A stretch of DNA of 35,446 bases, taken from NCBI GenBank assembly GCA_034435515.1, contig DAOTXG010000013.1, positions 1 to 35,446 on the forward strand, written 5' to 3'. The notes below the pieces were generated by a model that ran no database searches, was not told the origin of the DNA, and saw nothing but the letters and a program-made list of their open reading frames with translations. This DNA comes from Anaerolineales bacterium. GTDB taxonomy: Bacteria; Chloroflexota; Anaerolineae; Anaerolineales; UBA6663. Within the stretch, counting starts at the first letter, position 1. The number at the start of each line of letters is the position of its first letter. Position numbers and translations under genes: made by a program. Shown here one piece after another: positions 14,448-23,238 of this stretch.

Positions 14448-15208
14448 CCGCGCTCGTCCAGCAGGCCGCCGAATTGCTCCAACGCGCGCGGGTCGCCATC
14501 GCCCTGACCGGCGCCGGCATCTCGACCCCCTCGGGCATCCCTGATTTCCGCAGCGCCGGGTCGGGCCTATGGGAGGACGCCGACCCGCTGGAGGTCGCCT
14601 CGCTCGCCTCGTTCCGCTATCACCCGGAACGCTTTTACGCGTGGGTGCGCCCCCTGGTGGCCAAGATGCACGCCGCCCAACCTAATTCGGCGCACCACGC
14701 CCTCGCCGAATTGGAGGCGGCCGGCCGTCTGCGGCTGGTCATTACTCAGAATATTGACGAACTGCACCGGCGAGCCGGCAGCCAGCGGGTCATCGAAATT
14801 CACGGCAACGTCCGCGAGGCGGTCTGCGGCCAATGTCATCGCTCGACGCCAGGCCGCCCCATCCTCGAGCAGTTCCTGGCGGACGGGTTGGTGCCCCATT
14901 GCGAGGCCTGCGGCGGTGTGCTTAAACCCAACGTGATCCTGATGGGCGAGCAATTGCCGGTGGCTTTGCTCCACGAAGCCTTTGCCGCCGCCCGTGGCTG
15001 CGACGTGCTGCTGGTGGCCGGTTCCTCGCTGGAAGTGATGCCCGCCGCCGAATTGCCGCTCGAAGCCGTGATGCACGGCGCGCGGCTGATCATCGTCAAC
15101 CTCGAACCGACTTATCTCGACGACCGCGCGGATGTGCTCATCCACGCCGACGTCGCCGAGATCCTGCCCCAAATCGCGGCGGCGGTTCGGGAGCCGCCCC
15201 ATGTCTAG
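14444..15208 (+). CDS. cobB: NAD-dependent protein deacylase (sirtuin, CobB type)
   Basis: GAGISTPSGIPDFRS, TQNIDELH, HG, Zn ribbon CGQC...CEACGG, GSSLEV. The start overlaps the upstream stop (ATGA). Confidence 0.85.
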   Translation: MTALVQQAAELLQRARVAIALTGAGISTPSGIPDFRSAGSGLWEDADPLEVASLASFRYHPERFYAWVRPLVAKMHAAQPNSAHHALAELEAAGRLRLVITQNIDELHRRAGSQRVIEIHGNVREAVCGQCHRSTPGRPILEQFLADGLVPHCEACGGVLKPNVILMGEQLPVALLHEAFAAARGCDVLLVAGSSLEVMPAAELPLEAVMHGARLIIVNLEPTYLDDRADVLIHADVAEILPQIAAAVREPPHV

Positions 15209-16430
15209 CGCCCCGGCGAAACCACCCGGCGTCGAAACGATGCGGCGCAACTATCCGGTGCTCCTGCGCCGGATGGAGCGGCTGATGGAAATCAGCCGCA
15301 TCCTGGCCTCCACGCTCGACCTGAACAAACTGCTGCGCCAGATCATCCAGGCGGCGATGGAACTGACCGACACGGAGGCCGCCTCGATCATGCTCTTCGA
15401 CCCGCGCTCCGGCGAACTGCGCTTCGAGGCGACCACGAACGAAGACTCCGCCGCGCTGGAAGGCATCGTCATCCCGGTCGAGGGCAGCATCGCCGGGTGG
15501 ATCGTGACGCACACCGAGCCGCTGGTTGTGCCGGACGTCAGCCGGGATTCGCGCTGGAGCCAGGTGGTGGACCGGCAGACGTCCTTCGTCACCCGCTCCA
15601 TCCTCGGCGTGCCGCTCGTCACGCGCGACAAGACCATCGGCGCACTCGAAGCCTTGAACAAGCGCGCCGGCCAGTTCACTCCCGACGATGCGGAGACGCT
15701 CAAGACGCTGGCGGCGCAGGCGGCCGTCGCCATCGTCAATGCGCGCCTGTTCCAGCAGTCCGATCAGATCGCCGAGATGGTGCACGAGCTGCGCACGCCG
15801 CTGAACTCGCTGATGGCGACCACCTCCCTGCTCCTCCGCGCGGAACTGCCGGAGGCCAAGCGCGCCGAGATCGTCAAGATGATGCAGCGCGAGACGGCGC
15901 GCCTGGCGCAGATGACGACGGATTTCCTCGACCTCGCCCGGCTGGAATCGGGCCGGATGCGTTTCGTGCGCGAGGTTTTTGACCTGCCGGAGTTGGTGAA
16001 CGAATGCGTCGAGGTCGTCCGCCCGCAGGCCGGCGGGCGCGGGATCATCCTGCAAACCCACATGGACGATGAAATTCCCCGCCTGGAGAGCGACCGGGGC
16101 AAAATCAAGCAGGTGCTCCTCAACCTGCTGACGAACGCCGTCAAGTACAACCGCGAGAACGGCACGATCACCGTCCGCGCGCAGGTGCAGGGCGGCAAGT
16201 GCCGAGTCAGCGTCACCGACACCGGGCGCGGCATCCCGAAAGACGCCATGCAGCATATGTTCGAGAAATTCTTCCGCGTGGCCAAGATGGAAGACGCGGC
16301 GACCGGGACCGGACTGGGTCTGCCGATTGCCAGGAAGATCGTCGAGGCCCTGGGCGGCGAGATGGGGGTCGAATCCATCGAGGACGTAGGGAGCATTTTC
16401 TACTTCACCCTGCCTTTACCCCAGGCTTAA
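15201..16430 (+). CDS. GAF-domain sensor histidine kinase
   Basis: Trimmed to the ATG at 15201, an 8-nt overlap with the sirtuin gene. GAF region, H-box HELRTPLNSL, N box LLTNAVKYN, and G boxes DTGRGI / GTGLGL. Confidence 0.85.
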   Translation: MSSAPAKPPGVETMRRNYPVLLRRMERLMEISRILASTLDLNKLLRQIIQAAMELTDTEAASIMLFDPRSGELRFEATTNEDSAALEGIVIPVEGSIAGWIVTHTEPLVVPDVSRDSRWSQVVDRQTSFVTRSILGVPLVTRDKTIGALEALNKRAGQFTPDDAETLKTLAAQAAVAIVNARLFQQSDQIAEMVHELRTPLNSLMATTSLLLRAELPEAKRAEIVKMMQRETARLAQMTTDFLDLARLESGRMRFVREVFDLPELVNECVEVVRPQAGGRGIILQTHMDDEIPRLESDRGKIKQVLLNLLTNAVKYNRENGTITVRAQVQGGKCRVSVTDTGRGIPKDAMQHMFEKFFRVAKMEDAATGTGLGLPIARKIVEALGGEMGVESIEDVGSIFYFTLPLPQA

Positions 16431-16507
16431 CCTCGCGGGACTTCCCCAACGGCACTGATGGAGAATACGTTATATTCATGTGCGCAATCTAAAAGAGGGG
16501 AGGGGCA

Positions 16508-16969
16508 TCAAGAACGCAGCTGGAACGCCGCGTAAAATTCATCCCGTTCCAACCAGGCGAGGCCGAAATCGCCGTGCGAGACCTGAACGGGGGCGTTGGG
16601 AAAAGCCGGGTCGTTGAGATAAACGCTCTGGTCGTCCAGCCCGACGACGAGAAGGGCATGGCCGGTCACCCGATCCCAATAGGGCAGTTCGCTGGTATCA
16701 ACAAAGGCTATGCAGGGACGGTTATTCTGTAAATGTTCACGAAGTTCATCTAAAGTTCCCTGCTTGTAGACCACGGTGATGCCCAACTGCTCCAGGTTGC
16801 GTACTCGCGAGGAGAACGCGCCAAACCACTGCACTTCCAGCAATTTCAAGAGCTGATCGTAGTCAGCCGCAATGCCAAGGTAGGCCAGCGCCATCGCCGC
16901 GCAGGCCGCTAGGCATTCGCCATCTTGACGTTGCTCAATATGGGGAACAGGCAAATAGGTTGAAGTCAT
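16508..16969 (-). CDS. stand-alone C39-like cysteine peptidase domain protein
   Basis: ATG at 16969 with GAGG 9 nt upstream. VPHIEQRQDGECLAACAAMALAYLG supplies the Q and catalytic C. GHALLVVGLDD supplies the H, and VYLNDPA is also present. G+C is lower than in the neighbours by eye. Confidence 0.65.
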   Translation of the reverse strand: MTSTYLPVPHIEQRQDGECLAACAAMALAYLGIAADYDQLLKLLEVQWFGAFSSRVRNLEQLGITVVYKQGTLDELREHLQNNRPCIAFVDTSELPYWDRVTGHALLVVGLDDQSVYLNDPAFPNAPVQVSHGDFGLAWLERDEFYAAFQLRS

Positions 16970-16980
16970 AAACCATGACC

Positions 16981-17451
16981 TCAATCCGGCAGCTTGGCAG
17001 GGGCCAGCCGCACTTTCCCGTCTTCGGCAATAACTAATTTTCGCGCGGGCGGCACGTCTTTCGCCAAGTATTCAGCGGGCGTCTCGCGCTTCGGTTCGTA
17101 GGGAGGCACGAGCGGCTTCAGTTGCATTGCGCCCGCTATCAGCGCCGTTTTGCGTTCTGTCAAGTCTTGCGTCTCACCGGTCTCGACGTCTACATCCACG
17201 GTGCCTACGACCCCTACCGGGCCAGTATGGGGAAAACTCAATTCTACTGGCACGCGCCACATCGCACGGGTTCTCATCACAACCAGGGTCGGCTTGTGCG
17301 CGCTCATTTGGATGGTGACCTCGTTCAGCAACCAGCGGTTCACCATCCGCCGCGCTCCTTCTGCCGTCACTTTGATTTCAAACGCGCGCGGAAGGGCAAT
17401 TTCCACCCGCCCCTTTTCTGGCAGGGTGATGTTTTCGAGGATAATGTCCAT
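16981..17451 (-). CDS. hypothetical protein, possible PepSY-like fold
   Basis: 156-aa ORF immediately upstream of the C39-like gene. The segment WRVPVELSFPHTGPVGVVGTVDVDVETGE resembles the PepSY-type strand-turn pattern, but this is a weak inference. Confidence 0.5.
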   Translation of the reverse strand: MDIILENITLPEKGRVEIALPRAFEIKVTAEGARRMVNRWLLNEVTIQMSAHKPTLVVMRTRAMWRVPVELSFPHTGPVGVVGTVDVDVETGETQDLTERKTALIAGAMQLKPLVPPYEPKRETPAEYLAKDVPPARKLVIAEDGKVRLAPAKLPD

Positions 17452-17547
17452 GGTAACCTTCCTCTGTCCTTAAGCGCATTGAGTATAGCACAGAGAACTT
17501 GAATCTATGAGCACGCCAATACCCTCAGCCGCCCCTCAGCCGCGCAT

Positions 17548-17576
17548 TTGACTCTCCGCCGTAAATAATCTAAATT
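17548..17576 (+). promoter_or_regulatory. sigma70-like promoter TTGACT-17 nt-TAAATT
   Basis: TTGACT at 17548-17553 and TAAATT at 17571-17576, about 45 nt upstream of the comD-like ATG. Confidence 0.4.
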
Positions 17577-17622
17577 ATAGACGCTTTGCGTCCGCTTTTG
17601 CTCTCACACTCAAGGCCCGCCT

Positions 17623-18132
17623 ATGACCGTCTCCCGTGACAACTCACTGGCCGTGTACAAAGGCATCAAAGACGCCGGCATCCGCTATCTTTCGGCGCTG
17701 CCGGAGACGTGGCTCGTGTATCTGCTGCAACTCGCGGAGGACGACCCCGACATGACCCTGGTGGAAGTGGCCAAAGAGGAGGAAGCCATTGGCATCGCCG
17801 CCGGGGCCTACTTCGCGGGCAAGCCCAACGCGCTGTTGATGCAGAACCACGGCTTCCTCGCCAGCCTCAACGGCCTCGTCTCGCTGGCCATGCTCTACCG
17901 CATTCCGCTGACCATGCTCATCGCCTTACGCGGCCACTGGGGCGAGCCTTATCCCTGGCATACGCAGGGCGGCATCCATACCGAGCCGGTGCTCCGCGGC
18001 CTCGGCCTCCCGTTTGAATACGCCCGCGACCCGCGCAAAGTCGGCCAGCAAATCAAAGAAGCGCTGACGTTTGCCAATAGCTCGCTCTCGCCGGTGGCGC
18101 TGCTGTTGACGAGGGAACTAATGGAAGACTAA
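17623..18132 (+). CDS. sulfopyruvate/phosphonopyruvate decarboxylase alpha subunit (TPP enzyme N-terminal domain, ComD-like)
   Basis: 169 aa. EEEAIGIAAGAYFAGKPNALLMQNHGFLASLNGLVSL matches the ComD-type pattern. Confidence 0.75.
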   Translation: MTVSRDNSLAVYKGIKDAGIRYLSALPETWLVYLLQLAEDDPDMTLVEVAKEEEAIGIAAGAYFAGKPNALLMQNHGFLASLNGLVSLAMLYRIPLTMLIALRGHWGEPYPWHTQGGIHTEPVLRGLGLPFEYARDPRKVGQQIKEALTFANSSLSPVALLLTRELMED

Positions 18133-18454
18133 GTAGCTGCCCAAAAGTTCTTACCGTATTTTCCTGCTCGCGGCGGATTTGTAATCCGCCGCCGGGGGCT
18201 GCCGGACGCTTCGCGCAAATCCGGCAGGAGCGAAAAGTAGAGAGAACTTTCAGAGACCAACTTAGTACAGTCCGGGCAGAAATTCGTCGCCGGTTTCCTA
18301 GACTTTTGGGGTCTCGCCCACTCCGCTTTGCTACGGGGTGCTTCGCAAGACCCCAAAGGTCTGCGCCCTAAACCGGTGAAGGATTTCCGCCGACGTGCAC
18401 CAGTCAGAGAGACCTTTGGGGTCTTGGAATCCCCAAAGATCTGGGAGAACCGCC
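18133..18454. repeat. cluster of small palindromic elements between the two decarboxylase subunit genes
   Basis: GCGGCGGATT-tgt-AATCCGCCGC (18170-18192) and CTGCCGGA...TCCGGCAG. There are also three hairpins of AGAC(C)-loop-GGTCT form (agacttttggggtct, agaccccaaaggtct, agacctttggggtct) plus the related cccaaagatctggg. Confidence 0.65.
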
Positions 18455-19042
18455 ATGAAACGCGCCGATTGCATCAAAGCCCTTTACCCGGAACTGGAAG
18501 ACCGCCTGGTCGTCACCATCATGGGCGCGTGCGCGCAAGAACTGTACGACCTCGGCCACCGCGAAAATTTCTTTTACCTGGAACACGCCATGGGCCTGGC
18601 CTCGTCCATCGGCCTCGGGCTGGCGATGAACTTGCCGGACGAGAAAGTGGTGGTGCTCGACGGCGACGGCTCGGTGCTGATGAACCTGGGCGGCCTGGCC
18701 ACCCTCGCCCGCTACCACCCGCCGAACCTGACGCACATCATCTTCGACAACGGCAGTTTGCTCTCGACCGGCGGCTTTGCCTCACATACCACGTCCGGCC
18801 TCACTGACCTGGCGGCGATTGCGCGCGGCGCGGGCTGTCCCAGCGTCACGCTCACCGCCAGCATCTACGATTTCCTGACCGCCGCCGCCGAAGCCTTCGA
18901 GAATAAGGTCATGTCGACCATCGTCGCCAAAGTCGAAGCCGTCGGCCCCGATCATTACGGCATGGACATGCACCTGCCGGAGAATGCGTTTAGGTTTCAA
19001 CGGTATATCCTGGAGAGACAAAAAGTAAAACGTAATTCGTAA
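18455..19042 (+). CDS. sulfopyruvate/phosphonopyruvate decarboxylase beta subunit (TPP-binding domain, ComE-like)
   Basis: Trimmed to the ATG at 18455 with GGGAGA 7 nt upstream. The TPP motif is VVLDGDGSVLMNLGGLATL...IFDNG. Confidence 0.75.
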   Translation: MKRADCIKALYPELEDRLVVTIMGACAQELYDLGHRENFFYLEHAMGLASSIGLGLAMNLPDEKVVVLDGDGSVLMNLGGLATLARYHPPNLTHIIFDNGSLLSTGGFASHTTSGLTDLAAIARGAGCPSVTLTASIYDFLTAAAEAFENKVMSTIVAKVEAVGPDHYGMDMHLPENAFRFQRYILERQKVKRNS

Positions 19043-19160
19043 AACGTAAGGAAGGTGTGCACGCCAACCTTGTCCGTCGTGGCTGCAAGCCGCTCCCACG
19101 CTAATCTCTTGACAACTTTTGAGCGCACACTAAGGAAGGTGGATGCTTTACGTTTTACGC
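19022..19160. repeat. repeat block: GTAAAAC heptamers, half REP-like element (copy 2), inverted heptamers
   Basis: gtaaaacgtaattcgtaaaacgtaaggaaggtg ... ggctgcaagccgctcccacgctaatctcttgacaacttttgagcgc ... taaggaaggtggatgctttacgttttacgc. Confidence 0.6.
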
Positions 19161-19206
19161 TTGATTTCACCCTCTCAATTCTTTCTAACCAAGGAGACCA
19201 CCTGCC

Positions 19207-19998
19207 ATGCCCCCCGCCCCCGTCACCGTCCTCTCCCTGCTCGTCGAAGAGCTCAACAATGGCCGCGTGAAAGTGGTTGACCTCACTCAGCCGCTCGGGC
19301 CGGACACGCCCGTCATCGGCCTGCCGCCCATCTTCGCCTCGTCGCCGCCCTTCAGCACGGAAACTATCTCTCGCTACGACGAGAAAGGGCCGGCCTGGTA
19401 CTGGAACACGATCCACCTGGGCGAGCACACTGGCACGCACTTCGACGCGCCCATCCACTGGATCACCGGCAAAGACCTGGCGAACAACGCGCTCGATACG
19501 ATCCCCGCGCGCAAACTGGTCGGCCCGGCCTGCGTGATCGACGTGACTAAGGAAGTCGCCGTCTCCGAGGATTTCCTGCTCACCCGCGAGCACGTGCTGG
19601 CCTGGGAAGGCGAGCACGGCAAAATCCCGTCCGGCGCGTGGGTGCTCTTACGCACCGACTGGTCGAAGCGCCTCGACGCGGCGAAGTTCCTCAACGTCAA
19701 GGACGATGGCCCGCACTCGCCCGGCTTCCACAAGGATTGTTCGCACTTCCTCGCCTACGAACGCGACGTGCTGGGCGTGGGCGTCGAGACAGTCGGCACG
19801 GATGCGGGGCAGGCGGGCAAGTTTGACCCGCCCTTCCCCAACCACACCACCATGCACGGCGCAGGCAAATTCGGCCTCGCCTCGCTCCGCAATTTGGATC
19901 AACTCCCGCCTGTCGGCGCAGTCGTCATCGCCGCGCCGCTCAAGATTGTGGACGGCTCCGGGAGTCCGCTGCGGGTGCTGGCGTTGGTTCCGGCGTAG
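19207..19998 (+). CDS. cyclase family protein (kynurenine formamidase-like)
   Basis: AAGGAGA SD. The HxGTHxDAPxH motif is present (LGEHTGTHFDAPIHW). Confidence 0.8.
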   Translation: MPPAPVTVLSLLVEELNNGRVKVVDLTQPLGPDTPVIGLPPIFASSPPFSTETISRYDEKGPAWYWNTIHLGEHTGTHFDAPIHWITGKDLANNALDTIPARKLVGPACVIDVTKEVAVSEDFLLTREHVLAWEGEHGKIPSGAWVLLRTDWSKRLDAAKFLNVKDDGPHSPGFHKDCSHFLAYERDVLGVGVETVGTDAGQAGKFDPPFPNHTTMHGAGKFGLASLRNLDQLPPVGAVVIAAPLKIVDGSGSPLRVLALVPA

Positions 19999-20377
19999 CC
20001 GCCTGCTTCGGCGTCTCGTTGTCCCAATACTCGCGCCAGCGGGCAATCAACCCGTCGCGGAAATCCACCCACACGGCGTCGTCGGCGACGTAGCGCGCGC
20101 CTGTCTCGTTCTTCGTGTCTTCCCACCGATATTCGACCGCCGCGCAGTTCTCGCCGAAAATGATCCGCCGGAGCAGGACCTTCACGTCGCTGTGGCGGCT
20201 CGAAAAGCGCAGCACGGTCGCGCGCAGGGCTTCATGGCCCTTGATGACCTTCCCCGCGACCACAATTTCGCCGTCGGGCGTAAAGTCGTCCGCCAACCCG
20301 TCGGCGTCGCCTTGCTCCCAGGCGCGAATCTGGTTGAGAATGGCCGCGCGCATCTCGGACTCGCTCATCAGTGTCAT
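19940..20377 (-). CDS. SnoaL/NTF2-like fold protein
   Basis: AAAGGAG SD. WEQGDADGLADDFTPDG...F..G.....EYRW pattern. The low-complexity Pro/Ala tail overlaps the convergent cyclase gene by 59 nt. Confidence 0.6.
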   Translation of the reverse strand: MTLMSESEMRAAILNQIRAWEQGDADGLADDFTPDGEIVVAGKVIKGHEALRATVLRFSSRHSDVKVLLRRIIFGENCAAVEYRWEDTKNETGARYVADDAVWVDFRDGLIARWREYWDNETPKQAATPEPTPAPAADSRSRPQS

Positions 20378-20396
20378 CGTCGGCTCCTTTCACTCC

Positions 20397-21230
20397 TCAA
20401 GCCAGCCGCGTCCCGCACCCGACCGTCGTCAGTTCAAGGCAGTAAAAGCCGGGCCGGCGCAGCAGATAATCTGGGGACTCCGGTTCGAAAGCGCGTCTAT
20501 AAAGCTGCCGGTCTTCGGCGGACAGGAAAGGCTCAATGCGGCGCATCTGCCACGCCAGGACCAGTCGCCAGTATGTCTCCACTTCCTCGGGCATCGGGGC
20601 TATATCGTCGGAAACATACGTGTGAATGCACAACTCGTGGAAACCAGCCTGTTCCAGCCAGACCGCCAGATGGCGGGCCGCGTGATAGCGCTCCATCGAG
20701 ACGCCGTTTGGGCATTCGCTTTGCAAGTATTGGCGCCGGGCCTCCACTAAGCGACGCTCAAAGGCAGCCGGCAATGCCAGAATGGGATAATGAGCGTAAT
20801 CGTTTTCGACCACGACGATGCGACCCCCGGGCTGCAATAACCGTCGCAATGATTCGAGACGCCTCAGCGGGTCGGGCGCCGAATGCATCGTCCGGCAGAG
20901 CCAGATGGCGTCGAACACGCCAGAACACAAGCCCGCCTGCTCGATGTCGCTCAGGCATCGGTCGAACCGCTTCGCGTGGCTGTGGTCCAGATGGGTTTTC
21001 AACAGAGCCGAGTTGTGATCCACGGCGACGATGCGCGCCTCCGGGCCAAGCACCTCGGCCATGAGTTGACTGTAGAAGGCATCGCCGCAGCCTGCGTCGA
21101 GGACGAGCGCTCCCGGCCTCAGGCCGCTCCAGGCCTCTGCGAGGATGCGGCGATAGAGCGGTTCGCGCACGCGATGGTAGGCCTCCATTAAGGGCCAATA
21201 GTCTGGGACGGTTGTGCGCGCGATCATCAT
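20397..21230 (-). CDS. class I SAM-dependent methyltransferase
   Basis: Motif I is LVLDAGCGDAFYS, with the later GGRIVVVEND. The start is uncertain: ATG at 21230 or 21227, or GTG at 21251. Confidence 0.75.
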   Translation of the reverse strand: MMIARTTVPDYWPLMEAYHRVREPLYRRILAEAWSGLRPGALVLDAGCGDAFYSQLMAEVLGPEARIVAVDHNSALLKTHLDHSHAKRFDRCLSDIEQAGLCSGVFDAIWLCRTMHSAPDPLRRLESLRRLLQPGGRIVVVENDYAHYPILALPAAFERRLVEARRQYLQSECPNGVSMERYHAARHLAVWLEQAGFHELCIHTYVSDDIAPMPEEVETYWRLVLAWQMRRIEPFLSAEDRQLYRRAFEPESPDYLLRRPGFYCLELTTVGCGTRLA

Positions 21231-21310
21231 TTGCCGGCCGCCAGGCTGCACGACGTGAAGCGCCCTGTGAGGCCCATTGAGTATACTATAACTATAGTGG
21301 AGTTGCCCGC

Positions 21311-22549
21311 ATGCGAATTGTTTGCTCCGTTTGCTCTCACGAAGCCAACCCGCGAACTTTAGGCCTCTGCCGCTGGTGCGGCGGCCTCCTGCAGCCGCGT
21401 TATTCGGACGAAGCCTTCAACCAGCTCCGCCGCGTCCAGCCCGGCCCCGGCCTCGACCGCTATCGCGCGGTGCTGCCGGCTAAAACGGCCATGCCTTTCC
21501 TCGGCGAAGGCGATACGCCGCTCATCCACTCGCGCCGCATCGGGCCGGCGCTCGGCCTCCCCTACCTCTACTTCAAATACGAAGGCCGCAACCCGACGGG
21601 CGCTTTCAAAGACCGCGCCGCTTCGCTGGCCGTCGCGCTGGCCCTCGATTCGGGCGCGAAGGGCCTGCTCACGGCTTCCTCTGGCAATGCCGCCGCCGCC
21701 ATCGCGGCTTATTCCGCCGCCGCCGGATTGCCCTGCCTCATCCTCCTCGAACCCGGCAACCCGCCCGCAAAAGTGCGGCAGGCTCTGGCGACTGGCGCGA
21801 CAGTCCTGCCGGTGGAGGGCCTCTTTACTCACGGTCCGGATAAACTACGGGAACTCCTGAGCGAGGTCGCCGCGCGCCTCGACTACTACCTGGCCTTCGT
21901 CTGGGCGCCGGTTAATCCCTGCCTCCTGGAAGGCCTCAAGACCATTGCCTACGAAATCGTCGCGCGGCTCCCCGGCGCGCCCGATTGCCTGGTCTGTCCG
22001 GTCGGCGGCGGCGATTTGCTGGCGGCCCAGTGGCGGGGCTACTGCGATTTGAGCCGCGCCGCCCGGATTGACGTGCTGCCCCGCCTGATCGGGGTGCAGT
22101 CGGCGAGCGCTGCGCCGCTGCTCCACGCCTTCGAGAACCACGCGGCCCACGTGACTCCGCTCGACCACGCCAACTCACAAATCTCCGGCATTAATGTCGC
22201 CTTCACCGGCGACCATGCCTTACAGGCCGTGTACGACTCGAAAGGCGCAGTCGCGAGCGTGACCGACGACGAGATATTCGCCATGCAAAAACGCCTGGGG
22301 ACGGAGGAGGGGCTGTGGGTCGAACCGGCGTCCGCCGCGCCGGTCGCCGCTCTCGGCGGCTTGCTGGCCCGCGGGGCCATCCGCGCCGACGAATGGATCG
22401 TCTGCCTCCTCACTGGCGCGGGCTTCAAAGACTCCCGCCTGGCCGAGGCCGAAGCCGCTGAAATCAACCGGCGCGAGCCGGCGCCGTTCGACGTCGAGGC
22501 CATCGTTAAACAAACAGGCCGCGCCTCACCCCCCGCCCCCCTCTCCTGA
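21311..22549 (+). CDS. threonine synthase-like PLP enzyme with N-terminal CxxC...CxxC zinc ribbon
   Basis: CSVCSHEANPRTLGLCRWCGG. PLP-lysine motif GRNPTGAFKDRAASLAV. GGGDL loop. Confidence 0.8.
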   Translation: MRIVCSVCSHEANPRTLGLCRWCGGLLQPRYSDEAFNQLRRVQPGPGLDRYRAVLPAKTAMPFLGEGDTPLIHSRRIGPALGLPYLYFKYEGRNPTGAFKDRAASLAVALALDSGAKGLLTASSGNAAAAIAAYSAAAGLPCLILLEPGNPPAKVRQALATGATVLPVEGLFTHGPDKLRELLSEVAARLDYYLAFVWAPVNPCLLEGLKTIAYEIVARLPGAPDCLVCPVGGGDLLAAQWRGYCDLSRAARIDVLPRLIGVQSASAAPLLHAFENHAAHVTPLDHANSQISGINVAFTGDHALQAVYDSKGAVASVTDDEIFAMQKRLGTEEGLWVEPASAAPVAALGGLLARGAIRADEWIVCLLTGAGFKDSRLAEAEAAEINRREPAPFDVEAIVKQTGRASPPAPLS

Positions 22550-22589
22550 TGACGAAAAGCAAGTGCGTCATCAGGAGAGGGGGTGAGGT
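22524..22589. terminator. bidirectional terminator hairpin between convergent genes
   Basis: CCCCTCTCCTGATGACG-aaaagcaagtg-CGTCATCAGGAGAGGGG, extended by CCTCACCCCC / GGGGGTGAGG. Confidence 0.6.
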
Positions 22590-23219
22590 CTACAATTCGT
22601 AAATCAGCCTGAGCGCCACGTCCGCCCCCGGCGGCACGTCCTCAATCGGCTCGAACTGAAAACGCGGGATGTCTTCGGCCGCCTTCTTGACCGAGCCGGT
22701 GACCAGAATATCCCACGCCTGCGCCGTGTCCTCGCCCAGCTTGCTGGCCGCGTTGACCTCCGAGCCGAATACGTCCTGGTCGCCGATGCGCAGCACCCGC
22801 CCATAGCCCAGCCCCACGCACAACAGGATTTGCTCCGTCTCGGGCCGGCCGGCGTTGTACGCCTTGAGCGTCTTCTGCATGGCGATGGCGCACTCCAGCG
22901 CCTTGGTGACGTTGCGGAAGATGACGAGCATGCTGTCGCCTTCCATCTTGAGCAGGATGCCGTCGTGCTGGTCAATGCTCGGCACCAGGATCCGCTGCGA
23001 TTCGTAGATGACCTGTAAAAAGTGGATAATGCCAAAGGCCGCCACGTTGCGCGAGAACCCGGCCAGGTCGGTGAACATCACCGCCCACGTCTCGCCGAAC
23101 AAATCCCAGATGCGGGTATCCAGCTGATCTTTGTTGGCACCGGGCTTGATGCGCTCTTCGATCAACTTTTCCAGCCGGTCTTGCGAAGCGCTGGTACCGA
23201 TTTGAAATACGTAGGGCAT
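22590..23219 (-). CDS. class III adenylate/guanylate cyclase catalytic-domain protein
   Basis: AVMFTDLAGFS, GDSMLVIF, GLGYGRVLRIGDQDVFGSEVNAASKL. Confidence 0.8.
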   Translation of the reverse strand: MPYVFQIGTSASQDRLEKLIEERIKPGANKDQLDTRIWDLFGETWAVMFTDLAGFSRNVAAFGIIHFLQVIYESQRILVPSIDQHDGILLKMEGDSMLVIFRNVTKALECAIAMQKTLKAYNAGRPETEQILLCVGLGYGRVLRIGDQDVFGSEVNAASKLGEDTAQAWDILVTGSVKKAAEDIPRFQFEPIEDVPPGADVALRLIYEL

Positions 23220-23238
23220 CGCTTGCCTCCCGTTGGCG

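Noticed and set aside
14444-15208. SIR2-domain antiphage effector (Thoeris ThsA, DSR, SIR2-HerA or pAgo-associated).
   Set aside because: The protein has all canonical sirtuin deacylase motifs and the zinc ribbon. It is of housekeeping size and has no SLOG, HerA, TIR or Argonaute partner.
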